From positions 61,628,001 to 61,692,000 of the forward strand of contig NC_043009.1 in NCBI RefSeq assembly GCF_006345805.1: a stretch of 64,000 bases of DNA, given 5' to 3'. The notes under the pieces are model-generated. The model searched no databases. It saw only the letters and a program-made list of their open reading frames with translations, and was not told the origin of the DNA. Source of the DNA: Octopus sinensis (taxonomy: Eukaryota). The stretch's first letter is position 1. Every line of letters begins with the position of its first letter. Positions 1-14,076 of this stretch are shown piece after piece. Made by a program: the position numbers and the translations under genes.

Positions 1-894
1 GTAAATTGGAGTTTCTGCCTCTATCTCAATTTTATACTTCATTGCTAAAACATTTTCCCATGCTTTCTTACAAATTGTCTTTTGTCATGTTCTTTGATGT
101 TTTCCAACAGCCTGATGTTTGAATAAGGTGATTATATTTTGTTTTATCCCAGTGGAGCAAAATATTTTGTTTGAACATGAAACTTGAGTTGCTGCAAGGA
201 GTCCATTAAATTATTGTTTAATATAAAGAATATTTACTAAAAAAAATTAATGATTCTAATTGCTGAACCTTATTAGCAAATGAACAGAACAGCATATCTG
301 TTTATGGATATATCAGTGTGTGTGTGTGTGTGTTGCATTTGTATATCTATGTGCATATGTGTGTGTATTCATGTCTCCTTGTCTTGGGATAGTGCAATAG
401 TTATAACAAACCTCACCATCATACAATCTGTGATGTTCCTTTGCAATCATCTTTGCAAAAATGCCTGACCACTGTGCTGTTTGCGTTCAAAGTACAAGGT
501 GATATATATTACCTTGCTTGGAAACAGATGAAGGTTTACAGCAGAAAAGGCATCTGGCCTTAGAAAAAAGTCTCAACAAATATCATCTGCTCATGCAAGC
601 ATAGAAAAGTAGATGTTAAAACAATGGTGGTGTCAATGGTGATGATAGATAGATGTACACACACACACATAATATATGGCTTGGGCTTGGTCGTGTGAGT
701 AATAAGTTTTCTTTGCAACCATAGGAGTGCTATATTTACGAGGAAATGTAGACGGGACAGAAACATAAATTTAAAAATCTCAACAATAAAGATAATAGTA
801 AGTGTACAAGCGTAAGATCCAGCCAGTGCAATTGTGCGAGTCTAGTGATGGAGGAATTTTCTAGTTTGATCTAATAAAATCACCTGTTGAAAAC

Positions 895-1420
895 CTCTTT
901 TATCAGAGTCCCCTGAGTTTTTTGATTAAGCAGAATATTTGTTCTTTACATTGTGCAAATCCTGTATTTTCTCAGTCTATTTATGTATGGCTCCCATTTT
1001 TCAAGGACCTTCTACTTGAAAAAGCTGTAGTTAATATTCTGGTCTCTTAGTTTCAAGATATGGTTGGTTAGTGCTGTGGAATTTCTAATGTTGATGTGTC
1101 TGAAGGATGATCCATTGTTGTAATATCTTTGTTTGAATTTGCCCTCAACCATGTCTATGTAATTGTTTTTCTTGATTGCCTGATTTGGCATTGTTCAGTT
1201 TACTTCAACTTCATACACTCTCAACTTTATACTGCACGCCTGATCTCAAGGCCAAGGATCTGCATTTGTGCTCACACAAACCATATTGTCTTGTTTAATA
1301 TGGTTACTTGAGATGGGTGCTGTCATGGAAACCACAATTGTACATAATTTTCACAGAACACTCATTGAAAGTTTTTCTGTACCCAGGAATATTTAGGAGA
1401 TGCTTATCTTGAAAGACCAG
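895..1420 (-). mobile_element. Degenerate Penelope-like element, GIY-YIG endonuclease remnant
   Basis: Manual minus-strand translation gives ...KNNYIDMVEGKFKQRYYNNGSSFRHINIRNSTALTNHILKLRDQNINYSFFK*KVLEKWEPY...RIC. This matches the PLE GIY-YIG pattern YIG..EG.FKQRY.NH.SSF...NSTALS..IW.LK...I.Y...W.IL....Y....C.LC, but with stops. Confidence 0.75.
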
Positions 1421-2214
1421 GAATTTTTTATGTACATTAGTCTTTACATTTAGAGAAAAAGAGAGTACAAGCTATATATTTTTCTCTGTCGATTCCTGGA
1501 TTGTGTAGGATGTATGAAATTTTGTTTTTCTCTGTCACAGCCATGTTGTAGAAATCACATCCTACCAAAAATTTCGTTAGAAGATGATAGGCTAGAGATT
1601 ATCCTAATTGTATTAGATATGAGGTTTCTAAGCACAATGGAGATTGAGTGTCATGATTATTTATTTATGAATCCAAGGTCTTTGTAAATATCTGATTTTA
1701 GGTCTAGTGATGTGTCTAAAATGTCATCATCAGTTAAATTATTAGCGGCAGTAATTTATAAGTCCTATGTTGTTGAAAATATTTTTGAAATTCTTTTTTG
1801 AGTTCCTAAAATATTTAATGTGCGGCCATTGCAGTTGTGTGACATGGCTAATCCATTGTTTCAGTACACACTCACTTAGCTTTTCACTTCATTCACAGGC
1901 ACCTAGTAACATACAGGAACATTTTGCTGCTGTAAGTATTTTGTTCTCTGCTTTTCCACATCAATTGGCTTTCTTCTTTTCAGGCTTGAGACTTACTTAA
2001 AATATTTACACACTTGTAGTCACAACTTGATAACTATAACAAGTCAAAGGTGTACATACACACATAACCATCACACATATGTGTAGAGATATGTACTGAA
2101 CAGTTTTCTCACTCCTAGTAAATAAGATGTGTACACTGGCCTTGCAACATTCACTCTTAGCATTTTTCTTCAGCTTTCAGTACTTGTTATATGTTCTTTA
2201 CATTGTACACTATA

Positions 2215-3037
2215 CAAGGGGGTACCCAAAAGAAACCAGAATTTTGTAAATATTATTTTATTAATTAGTTTTGCTTGTTTACACTTTTATGCCTTCAAAG
2301 TATTTTCCATTTGAAGCAATGCATTGGTCCAGACACGTTTTCCACTGTTCAAAGCAGTGCTTGGACTGTTGCTAAGTGATGCCTTTTAACACCTCTTCCA
2401 CATCTAAAAATTCCATAGCACCAGCTCTCATCACCAGTGATGACCTTCGAAAAAAGGTCCAGATCAATTTCCAGCTGTTCTTTCAGTTCACGGCATGCAT
2501 TCAGTTGTGACTGCTTTTGATCTTCCGTGAGCAAGTGAGGCACAAATTTTGCTGCAACTCTTTCTTTGCAATTCCTCACTCAAAATTTGTTAACAGCAGC
2601 TCCAGGGCACATCAGTTGTTTGGTGATTGTCTTCCAAGATAAGTTCATGAATTTTCCTGATGTTTCCATTCATTCGGGAAGTCGACAGACACCCTGAACA
2701 AGGTTGGTCTTCAAGCAAAAAGTGATCATTCCTAAAGCGTGCATACTTGTAAGCTGTTAGAAGCATGACAACTGTTTCAACCAGTTTTCCCCAACAGAAA
2801 ACAGAATTTCACAGAAGCATGCTGTTCCTTTGTTTCAACCATTGCAAACATCGACAAACGGGAGAGAAGCCCTGCAAAACAAAGACACACTATTTGGCAG
2901 TAGGACTACACATGATGCTACCAGTTGGCATATTGATGCCTGAGGGTCGCATCAAGTGGCTCTTAGTGGCAGAAGCCTGAACCACAACAGGCCTGTCCCA
3001 CAGAGAATGTTTCTGGTTACTTTTAGGTACCCCCTTG
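2215..3037 (-). mobile_element. Internally deleted mariner DNA transposon
   Basis: Imperfect TIRs CAAGGGGGTACCCAAAAG / CTTTTAGGTACCCCCTTG are flanked by TA. ORF 2349-2579 encodes AAKFVPHLLTEDQK...VITGDESW, the mariner WVPHEL-like linker and first catalytic D motif. Confidence 0.85.
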
Positions 3038-3202
3038 TACATTACATTATATGTTGCTCATCAATGGCCATTTGTCATGCAATCTAGGAGTTGTGAGGGA
3101 TGTATTATTGCCATTTTGACTGCCAGCATTCCCCATTGTAACACAGTCTAACTACGAAATGAACTTGTGCCAAATTCAGGGAATTAGCCATAATCAATCA
3201 TA

Positions 3203-3375
3203 TAATAATAATAATAATAATAATAAACATTGTGTACAGTGCTCAGGTGCACTACAACTCATCTAAAGTGCATATATAATTAGGTGTAGTTTCGACGGAT
3301 TTCGGAAAGCATGAGGGCCTTAAAGGATGCAGTGTCATGGCAGTCAACAACTGACGCAGGAAGTTTATTCCATGT
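3203..3375 (-). mobile_element. 3' end of CR1-like LINE with (TTA)n tail
   Basis: The reverse complement matches the 3' end of the element at 63405-63810 (GTGCACCTGAGCACTGTA...(TTA)n). Confidence 0.6.
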
Positions 3376-3608
3376 CTTGAGAAATACTTTGTTTCTGGGT
3401 GATCCCTTTTCCAACTGATTCTGCAGGTAAACTTTTGTCAGCTGTCACCTGAAAGCTAATTGGTGATGATGTAAAACAAAGCTAAATGCATTCCTGACAA
3501 CCATGCTTTTTGTTTTTGATATCACATGGTGTCTGGCAGTTGTAGAAAATGGATGTAGCTGAAACAACAGGAAAGGCTACACCACTGCTGTAAGCAGAGG
3601 AACTATCC

Positions 3609-3657
<49 letters not shown>

Positions 3658-4526
3658 ATATATCATTGTCATCATCGTTTAACATCCATATTCCATGCTG
3701 GCATGGGTTGGATGGTTTGACAGAGGCTGGCTTGGCAGAAAACTGCACCAGGCTTCACTTGTCTCTTTCACCAGTGATTCTGAAAGAATCGCCGAAAAGA
3801 AAAGTGCCATGGACATCTCTTTGTGATGAGAATGTTGTCATGCTGCAAGCCATGTGTCCAACTCATTGGTACAATTAGAGCATCAGCACTGAAAGTTTGG
3901 AACTGGGTTTATACCCTCCAAGTGCACACATGCATGCGCAGAGAGAGAGAGAGAGAGAGAGTATGTAAAATAATTTTCTTGGACATATTGGTGCTGACAT
4001 ATTAATTTTTGCTGAAAAACTACTCTTGACTCATTTTGCATTGTGAAATGTTCTTCATTTATATTTGTTATACTATGTTTTTGTTTGTTGTGATTCACTT
4101 GAACATTTGCCTTAGAGTTGTACTCCAGTTGAAATATTATAGAATGTTATTCAAAACTATATCTCTCACTTCATCTCATCTTCCATTAAACATCCCTAAC
4201 CAGCTTCCACATATCTCTTCTAATACAGTGGAGTGGACAACTAACACTCTTTATTCATCAATAATCTACAAATATTATTAACACATTTACTAACATAGAT
4301 ACATACATTTCATGAATAAATCTTTCTTAATGTTTAAGTTCGTCCATATCAAAACATTTAGAAATCAACCTAGTGTAAGAAAGATAAGACTTCAAATGAA
4401 TTTAGCAAAACAAATGCTATAATTTCCTGGAATTACTGAGGTTTATGGAATGGTTAGTTCTTGGTGCTGTCAATGTGAAGCAGACATGAGACGAAATGTC
4501 ATTTGATACAATTTATTTCTATTTAG

Positions 4527-4608
4527 GCCCAAGAAATAAAACCTCGGAAAAGAAAAATGCGAGCGGCCAAAAATCGTCCTGTTATCAGTGATGATGAAGA
4601 CACAGAAG
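4527..4608 (+). CDS. Penultimate coding exon of an unidentified gene (AQEIKPRKRKMRAAKNRPVISDDEDTE); resembles the C-terminal tail of Brahma/SMARCA2/4
   Basis: Acceptor tttctatttAG and donor AAG|GTAGT bound an 82-nt open frame. The basic NLS-like run followed by PVISDDED is similar to BRG1 'RAKPVVSDDDSE'. The identity cannot be proven from this short piece. Confidence 0.55.
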
Positions 4609-6272
4609 GTAGTGTTGGTGTTAGTGTTTCCTGTGGTGAAATGAACTGAAAGTTATTTGTACTCAGGGACAGCCCTGGGACTTGAGGTTAGTACCACTCT
4701 TCTCTGGTGCAGACTGAACTGTAAAGAAAGGCATGGTGATTGTTGTTGTAGTGGCTCTCAGTAGAAATTAAAAGCTGTTTCTAGCTCAAGAAATGGTAGA
4801 AATAAGGTTTTCTTGCATAGAACATACAAAGCTGTTGGCAGTATTTGACTGCTACTGATTCCATCAACTGAGAACCCAAAGAGATGCATACTGCTGGGTT
4901 TTGTCTAATACTCCATCTATAAATATAAAAATAATATTTCCTAACTTAAAGACAAGGCCTCAAAATTTACAGAAGATACTTGATTATATCAACCAAGCAG
5001 TTGTTAACTGATGCTGATTTTATCTAAGCTGGTAGGGACAAGCCAATGAGGGAGCCTCAGAGTGCATGATCAACCTTTGAGAAATAGCAGCGAATATGCC
5101 CCCCAGATCACATGCTGTTCTTATTTGGGAAAAGAAAAGAAGCATTGAATAATGTAGGTCCTATTACACACCCCTTAAAAGGCTGAGATGGTCATGGCTG
5201 GAATGCCTTTGATCATAGGTCTGTTCAATCAAGGCCTGAACTAGAGCAATACGACAACCCTTCAAGCAGCATGAAAGGTAAAAATCAAACCTGTTGGGAT
5301 TTGAACTCAACATGCAAAAGGGGTTTACCCAAAAACTACAATGCATTCAGTTTGATGTTCTACTGATTCTGTCAATCTACTGCTCTTCTTTCTCCTCTTC
5401 CTCCTCCTTCTCCTCCTCCTCCTACTGCCACCACCTCTACTACTACTTCTACTACCACTACTAGTCTTACTACTACTAATAATGATCCTTTGTACAAGAG
5501 GCATAAGACCTGATATTTTGGGGGACAGAGGCTAGTTGGTTTCATTGACACCCCCTAGGACTTGATTGGTACTATAATTTATTGACTTCGAAAGGATGAA
5601 AAGCAAAGTTGACCTCAACAGTATTTGAACTCAGAATGCAAAGAGTGGCTAAGCTATTTGTCCAACATGCTCACTATTCTGCCAGCTTGCTACGTAAATG
5701 ATGATAACAATAACAACAATAATAATAATAATATGCATCTACTTAAATATTCTGATGATCAATTTTTAATTGTATTTGTATTTGGTTTTCATTTCTATGA
5801 TACTAATTAGTTGAATGTAACGAAGTCACTGATGATAAGCTCCAATTTTTGTAACAACAGTTGTTTTCAGCTTTTGGGAAAGGAAACAAATGTTTCCCTT
5901 GCCAAAAGCCTGTTTAAGTCAATCTAGAATGAACTGGATATAGTTTAGTAGTTAACAATAAAATGGTAATCCTGCATTATAATTAACATTTTAGCTAATT
6001 AAATTGTGGTTTCAGGAATGTAAAATCATTGTAGTTATTCCCGAGCTATCTATTTATTAATTAACCAATACTGAGAAAGAATAAAACTTATTTCATTAAT
6101 AAGAATAAAAAAAAAATTTAACAAACTGAAGAAACTCAGGTTTCTTTTTCATTGATAAAAAAAAAAAAAAATAAAGCGTCAGTTCACTCACATTTTATCT
6201 CATTAACAATCATTGATGATTTAATTAACTATTGTTTTATTACTTAACTTACTTTTTGTTTGTTTACTTCAG

Positions 6273-6370
6273 GAACTAATTCAAAAGAAGTGAAGCTGGT
6301 CCAGATATTCCCCCCCAACAAAAACTCAACCCGGATTTCATCTCCGGTGCTTGGTTCCAGGAAAAGATAG
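6273..6370 (+). CDS. Probable terminal coding exon of the same gene (GTNSKEVKLVQIFPPNKNSTRISSPVLGSRKR*)
   Basis: Strong acceptor (tttttgtttgtttacttcAG), phase-compatible with the 4608 donor, ending at TAG 6368-6370. The frame depends on which donor is used. Confidence 0.4.
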
Positions 6371-9300
6371 CAAAACTGACAGTGCAGGTCGTCTTCACCC
6401 TAGGTTCTGTTTAATCAATCTTCCTCTACTTCTTCCCTGCATTTTCTCTGCTCCCAACCTCCCCTCTTTACTACCCATTTCTCAGTCCTTTCATTCGCCA
6501 ACCCCTACCGTCTCTCTCTCCTTACAGCCTGTACAATGATAGGGTCCTGTTTATAAGTGACACTTCATTCCTCTCGGTGCAGTTCAGATTGCTCCAGCTT
6601 GTCAATCGGCAGCGATTACTTTCACTGCTAAACTATCTTTTCTTTTAACGGGGTGTTAATCACTTCCAGTTTATTGATAAAGGGGTTATGTTCACAGACA
6701 TTGCTACCCTCTTATCTACTATGAAGACATTTCCTTCCCTTAAACTAGTTTTGAGGGGCTGTTGAGGATATGATTTACAAAGAAGACAACAACTATGAAC
6801 GTTAAACGTTAAACTTACTTGACATAATTTCTAACAATAGGTTCACAATAAAAAAAAAAAACCTTCAATTTCACAGATTTTTTTCTCAATCTTTTTTTTT
6901 TATCTATTCCATTTCATGCAAATAAATGTTTTTCTTTTTTTTATTTTTTTTCCCCTTCTTGTTTTCTGTTTTTTGTTTTTCTTTACCCAAATTGAATTTC
7001 CATTTGCTTGTCTGGGCAATGTGATTTTTTTCACAGTATTAATTTACATTGGCATTTGAGAAAAAAAAAAATCAATATAGCACTTGTCTAATGCTGTCTT
7101 GGATACTTCTCCAAAGAATTATTTATTTTATCAGTCCTCAAGCAACCCTTGCTGCAAGTGTGCAAGGAATCCTTTATTTTTTTTTCTCTTGGATTAAGAG
7201 ACCATTCTAGATAGTCCTCTTGCCAAGCTCCTATCAGAAATGTCTGTTTAGCTGCTGTTTGATATCTGCCAATGCTGAAGATCTTCCCTCCATGTTTTTG
7301 AAAGTTTCCAGAAGTTAACAAGAAAATAATCTGAAAAGAAGAAAAAAAAGTCAGTCAAATGTCTGTTAATAAACTGTTTGACAAGTAACTTTTATGAAAA
7401 CATTCCTACATAAAATATTGTATGCATGGTGTGTTGTGAGTGTACAGGTTGTTGAGACTGTTTTGGACATGAAACCCAAAGCTTTGATGTAATAAGTAGT
7501 CGGCTGCTATTACTATCTGAATTATAAAATAAAAACTGCATTGGCAAATTGAAATTGGCTCTGAGGAACTGTAATCATTTCCCTTGTCCTCCAAGGCCAT
7601 GTTAAGCTTTGTGTGAACCATTTCTGGATGTCTAATTCCATATTTGTGTTGTTTTAAAAATGCCTTTAAATTATCATTTTGCCTGTTATTTTTTTTTTCT
7701 TTTATAATGCTTGAGACTCATGGCCTGAGAGAAGGCAGCTGTGTTGGAGTGGTCATCTTGAAGAAAAATAAGTTCTCAGTGTTGGCATGAAAGGGGGCAA
7801 ATAGGTTTAATTTCTCTCACTCTCTTTTTTTTTTTTTTTCTTCATATATATATATACATATATATATACATGTATGTATGTATATATATATATATATAAT
7901 ATATATAATGAAGTTCTTTCTTGTGATTTTGCTTTCAATTGTAAAGAAAACTTCAGGAGGTGAGGACTTCATTATATTGTTTCTTACAAGTGTTATGTAA
8001 ATATTGTTTTCATATGAATGGCATAGCTACATTCACCGAGGATGAGTTTCTGAAACACTAACACCAAGCAGGCACATTAATACACACACACACACACACA
8101 CACTCACAGAGGAACACACACGCACACACACGCAAAATAATTTACGTAAGTTATTTTAACCAATCTAGTTTTTGGCTTTACAAGGAGTTACACGCTGTCA
8201 GTTATTTTGCAAAGTAGATAAACTTTCAAAATGGTTGGGAAATAAAAAAAAAAAAGACAAAATGCAGTGAAGAAACATTTTGGATATATTTACATCCCCT
8301 CTCCCCCCACCTTCCCCACCCTCCTCTTATTGTTTTATTTTAAAGATGGTTTATTTATTTCATTTCATATTGCTATCACATCACATCAGAACTGAGCTAC
8401 TTGTCTAACATATCCTCCATTCAAGAACTTTTCACTTAATCACCGCTGTATCAAATTTTAGAATATTTCATCTCTGTGCATGTGTATATATATATATGTG
8501 TGTGTGTTTGTGTACATATATATATACATACATACATATATATACATATATATATGTGTATATATGTACACATATTCGCAGGCACTCGTGTGTATGTGCG
8601 TGGGCATAAATCAATTCAAGGAGAGATTGTTTGAAAATTATTTGTATCTAACTTTTTTTATATCATGGAAGTTCTAAGTTTTCCAAGACTATTTCAGGAG
8701 TATTTTAAATGTTCTCCCAGAATTTCTTTGTCTAGCAACGTGTATCATACGCCAGCTTATTACAACTGATCTCAGGAATATGGCTATGAATTATAGTGTA
8801 TCTCTTCGTGCATATATTTTAGTGTATTGGGCTTTTATATATATATATATAATATGATATAATATACATGCACTCGTACACATACCCACACACACACATA
8901 TGCATAAACATTTTCTTTACCTCTCAAGAATCTTGAAATGTATAGAATTTTAATAAAAATCTGAAATATGAAAATGTCATTTATCCCATAGACATCCATC
9001 AAACAAAAATATCTTTTGTTTTTTTTTTATTATTGTATTTCTTTCTAGATGACCCTAACCCTTCCCTGTCTTTTTTGTTATTTTTCTCCTTTTTTTTTTT
9101 TTTTTCCTGCTTTCTCCTTAAAATTACATTTGTGTTTTCTGAGAAGACAAAAAAAAAAATAATAAAAAATAAAAAAACAGAGACTGACCAATCTCCTTCC
9201 TTCCAGTTAATACCTCTCTACAATCATTCTGAACTGACCAACCTATTGCATTGTCAACTGCTGTTACCATGAACCCCAAATACACAGAAGATCCTTAACC

Positions 9301-10460
9301 TCTGCTCTCTCTTGGTCTGCTAAACCTGGCACCATATATATATATATAATACATATATTTATATATATGTCTTTTTAGTTGTCCCTCCAACACTATTTAC
9401 ATTTATATTGGGTGTTATTTATTGAGTTTTTTTTTGTAATCTTTACAGAAGAAAGGGATAGAAGACTTTATTTTAATTAGGTGAGACCTGATATTCTCAA
9501 TTTATAATAGTATATAATATGTATGTGTATAATATATATATATACATATATAATATATAGAAATGTATGTATATATGTATATATCTATGTATGTATATAA
9601 TATATATATATATATATGTATGTATATGATATGTATATATATATGTGTATGTATAGTGTATGTATATGATATATATGTATCTATATATGTGTGTATATAT
9701 ATGTATAATTTTTTTTTAAGGCTTGGTTCTTCTTTATCCCATATTCTCACTGCTGTAACACTTGTACTTTGCATGATACTAATGTAAGCATCCGGTAACC
9801 TTTTTACTATTACTACAAGTACTATTACTCTACTACTACAACTGCTATTGCTAATAAGACTACAACCCCCTGATTAAAAGCTGGACATTGTGTACAAGCC
9901 ATTTCTCATCCTCAATAAGATTTCATCCCACATGACCAGACAATTCTCATCTCTCTACTACTACTACTACTACTTCTACTACAACAACTACTACTACTAC
10001 CACCACCACTACCACTTACTAAGTGCCATTTTAAGTACCGGCATCAAAAGTTGCCATTTATCACCACCAACACCAACACCACCACTACATGTGCTTGTCA
10101 AGAAGTTTTAGATTTCGTCAAGCATATCTATATATATATTCCATCATATGTATACAATATGTATATATACATATGTACATGAGTATGAGTGTGTGTATAT
10201 ATGTATGTGTGTGCATCATGTCTCTATATATATATGTATATGTATATAAATTGTCATATGTATATGTGTGTATATATATATATGTATGTATATATGTGTG
10301 TATATATATATATGGTGCATGTGAATGTTTACGAGAGAGTGTATGTTGATATCATTGTTTGCGTAGATAGTCTCAGCAAAGTGTTCAATCCACAGGCCTT
10401 TGCTGAACTGGGTCATTTGGTTGTCAAAACAAATGGAAGTCAATAAAATGTTTATCCTTT
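6371..10460 (+). other. Putative long 3'UTR of the upstream gene
   Basis: About 4 kb free of SINEs and rich in T/A tracts. It ends at AATAAA (10442-10447) followed by a T/GT-rich downstream element, and TE-dense sequence resumes immediately after. Confidence 0.4.
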
Positions 10461-10599
10461 TCTGCTTATTTTGTTTTTTCTTATTGCAACCTGGTGTTAT
10501 ATTTGTGTGTCAGTGTGTCCATCCAGCGATGTTCTGATCAGCAGGTATCTTTTTTATGTCCTTCCACATGAGTTATCTCTTAAGTTATTGTTGTCTGTG

Positions 10600-11058
10600 C
10601 TAACCTTGGATTGGTAGAGTGACCCCCAGTGTTCTTGAGGAGACCTATTGAGTCAAGTACATGAACACCAACATCAAAATAGAAATCAAATGAAAATTGT
10701 AGTTAAGATACCCGTGCCGGTGGCACGTAAAAGCATCAACTGATTGTGGCCGTTTGGCAGCCTCCCCTGGCCCCCTGTGCTGGTGACACGTAAAAAGCAC
10801 CGTCTGAACATGGCTGATGCCAGCGCCACCCAACTGGCGTCTGTGTTGGTGACATGTAAAAGCACCAACTGATCATGACCGTTTACCAGCTACCTCTGGC
10901 CCCTGTGCCGGTGGCACGTAAAAAGCATCCATCTGTAGAAACACTGCCAGATCAGACTGGAGCCTGGTGCAGCCTCCTGGCTTCTCAGACCCCGGTCAAA
11001 CCCATGCTAGCACGGAAAACGGACGTTAAACGATGATGATGATGATGATGATGATGAT
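10600..11058 (+). mobile_element. SINE-like element with internal tandem GTGCCGGTGGCACGTAAAAAGCACC units and (GAT)n tail
   Basis: About 4 internal repeats plus the shared 3' tail AACCCATGCTAGCA...GGACGTTAAACGATGATGAT seen in many copies in this window. Confidence 0.75.
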
Positions 11059-11256
11059 CTACATAGAAACTCAAGGACCTGTGTGTTGAGTTGAATGGCA
11101 AACAAATTGGTTGAGACAGATTCATGTAATGGATTGCTCCCCCACATCTTTCCTTAAGTTTCTGGAGCTTGAACATCTGCCTCTTCACACTTCTGTTGAC
11201 CCATGCTCTTTTTTTTTTTTTTTTTTTTTTGCATGGGATTTGTCTATTACAACTTA

Positions 11257-11473
11257 CGAGAGTGTGCTAAAAAATTCCTGGCTCTAATGGTATCGCAAAA
11301 GGCCTGGCTGGAAACCCAACCTTCCAAGTTCTACTACAGGGCTTAGAAAAGCTGAAGGACTGCTACAATAAATGTGTGGATCGGAGAGGGGAATATGTTG
11401 AATAAAACCATGATTAACCAATCCTCCTGTATTTTCTTCTACCCAAAGCCAGGAACTTTTCAGCACCCCCTCG
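11257..11473. mobile_element. Mariner-derived MITE
   Basis: TA|CGAGAGTGTGCTAAAAAATTCCTGGCT ... AGCCAGGAACTTTTCAGCACCCCCTCG|TA. Same family as 13575-14076. Confidence 0.8.
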
Positions 11474-12265
11474 TATATTTAATAACTTGCACTCCATCTG
11501 TTATGTTGGTGAATGTTGCAGTTGATTTGATCAATGGAACAGCCTGTTCGTGAAATTAACATCATATAAGGTGGCAGAGCACTCCACAGACACGCGTACC
11601 CTTACATAGTTCTTGGGGAGATTCAGTGTGACGCAGAAGTGATAATGTTGGCCCTTTGAAATACAGGTACTACTTGTTTTTGCCAGCTGAGTAGACTGGA
11701 GCAACCTGAAGTAAAGTGTGTTGCTCAAGGATACAACATGCCACCAGGAATTGAACTCCTGACAATATGATTGTGAGTGGAATGCTCTAACCACTAAGCC
11801 ACTTACCTTCCCTGCAAGCTATATATAACTCTATTCTGTACAACAAAATACCCTGTTCAAGGTATGTCTGTCACTTGCATTAATGAACCACTGCTTCTTC
11901 CATTCCGCCACCAAGTTGTGTAATTTTAACCCAAAGGTGCCAGTAGCATGTGTAAAAAGATTCAAGCGAGGTCATTGCCAGAACCGCCTGACTGGCACGT
12001 AAAAAGCACCCACTACACTCTCGGAGTGGTTGGCATTAGGAAGGGCATCCAGCTGTAGAAACTCTGCCAGATCAAGACTGGAGCCTGGTGCAGCCATCTG
12101 GTTCGCCAGCCCTCAGTCAAAATCGTCCAACCCATGCTAGCATGGAAAGCGGACGTTAAACGATGATGATGAGTGGATGTTGCTTAAGTTTTTTTTACCA
12201 CATCCCTGCCTATTGCTATCAGACATGAGAAGCAAATGTCTCTGTAACTGACTGGTTGATTTCTA

Positions 12266-12821
12266 CGAGGGCAAGTCAAAAAGTAATGCCATTTTGTTTA
12301 GGACAGATATAATTACCAACACAGGAATATGTATCATACATCAAAATGAAGCTGGTCCTCTGTGGATCACATCCTTACTTCTCAACATAGTCACTGTTTC
12401 TCTCAATAGCAATGTTCCACCTTCAAATGAGAGCATGTATCCCTGCCCTGTAAAATTCTGTTGACTGTTCTTTGAGCCACTTCTTCACTATAGTTTTCAC
12501 TTCGTCCTCACTGGAATAATGTTTGCCTCTCAAACGCTCTTTCGTGGCACCAAAGAGATGATAGTCTGAAGGCGCTAAATCTGGTGAGTGTGGAGGTAGT
12601 GAAGAAGTGGCTCAAAGAACAGTCAACAGAATTTTATGGGGCAGGGATACATGCTCTCATTCAAAGGTGGAACATTGTTATTGAGAGAAACAGTGACAAT
12701 GTTGAGAAGTAGGGATGTGATCCACAGAGGACCAACTTCATTTTGATGCATGATACATGTTCCTGTGTTGGTAATTATATTTGTCCTAAACAAAATGGCA
12801 TTACTTTGTGACTCACCCTTG
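12266..12821. mobile_element. Mariner-derived foldback element with ~225-bp inverted arms
   Basis: TA-flanked CGAGGG...CCCTTG termini. Arms at 12266-~12490 and ~12597-12821 are reverse complements. The right arm translates VKKWLKEQSTEFYGAGIHALIQRWNIVIERNSDNVEK*, the mariner transposase C-terminus. Confidence 0.85.
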
Positions 12822-12885
12822 TACCTCCCCTACAGAGACCCCTTTTCATTAATCTAGTCCAAGAAAGGTAACATATAGAGATACA

Positions 12886-13247
12886 CTAGCAGTATCGCCC
12901 AGCGTTGCTTGGGTTTGTTTCGACCCTTTAGAATTGGAATTTTTGAAAAGTAAAAATTTTGCATTATGTAGCTTGTTATTCTCTTTAAGTGAACATTTTT
13001 CTGGTTGAAATACGCCGAAAAATGGTGACAGTAAAAAGTAGGGATTTTCATAGAAAAAGCACCTTTTTAATGTAAATAATTTTTGGTCTTAACATGGTCT
13101 GATTTGAATTTTATCTTCTACGGAAGGAAGAGCAGGCCTTCTTCTATCATATTCTCAATTTTGGTCAACTTGCACCGCAACCAACGGAGGAGATAGTGTT
13201 AGTTGAAGGCTACTATACACAGACAACTTCAGCTTTATATATATAGA
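12886..13247 (-). mobile_element. Non-autonomous Helitron-type element
   Basis: 5' TC, 3' CTAG preceded by a GC-rich hairpin, inserted at A|T. Homologous to 23758-24147. Confidence 0.7.
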
Positions 13248-13574
13248 TAAGGCTCTTGTAACTTGTAAGACTATTGATAATTTCATTTGCCTCCCGATCA
13301 ATTAATCTACTGTCACCTCTCAAAAGACATCCACAGCCATTTTATGATATCATTTCATCATGGGACCTTATTTTCTATTGCAATTGATGAACAATAACAT
13401 CATTGATTATAGATTTCAAACAAGCTAATCACTGACAATGTATTTCTGGTAACGTATGAGAAAAGAGTGTTTAACTCATTACACATCAAATATGTCTCAA
13501 GGGACTTAGTAAAACACTGGTGGTTCAGTTTCCTCATGTTTGTATATCAATAAATATTGATGAACAGTATTATA

Positions 13575-14076
13575 CGAGGGGCTGTTAAAAAGTTCTTGGC
13601 TTCAAGGGTATCGTGAAAGGCTTGGTTGGAGGCCCAACCTGATGAGTTCTTTTACAGGGCTTAGAAAAACTGAAGCACCACCGTAATAAGCATGTGAATC
13701 TGAGAGTATGTTGTTTGTTCCTTCTCGAGCCATGCCTGGCTCATAAGGGCTGGTTTCCTTGGCGTATAGGTTCCCCACCTGGACGGGATGCCGGTCTGTT
13801 GCAGGTGAGCTGCAAGATGCAGGAGGAAAAAATGAAAGAAAGAGTCAGCAGAAGTTCGCCATTACCTTCTGCTGGAGTTGCATGGAGCTTAGGTGTTTCA
13901 CTCATAAACACACACATCGCCCAGTCTGAGATTTGAACCTGTGATCCCTCGACTGCGAGTCCGCTGCTCTAACCACTAGACCATGTGCCTCCACAGAGTA
14001 TGTTGAATAAAATCATAATTCACTGATCCACCAGTTTTCTTATACCCAAAACCAGGAACTTTTCAATGCCTACTCA
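13575..14076. mobile_element. Mariner MITE interrupted by a nested tRNA-SINE (13714-13994, - strand)
   Basis: TIRs as in 11257-11473. The SINE is flanked by an 11-bp TSD AGAGTATGTTG (13703-13713 and 13995-14005). Confidence 0.8.

Noticed and set aside
9291-9300. TCCTTAAC U12 branch-like motif
   Set aside because: No matching U12 donor or suitably placed acceptor/exon.
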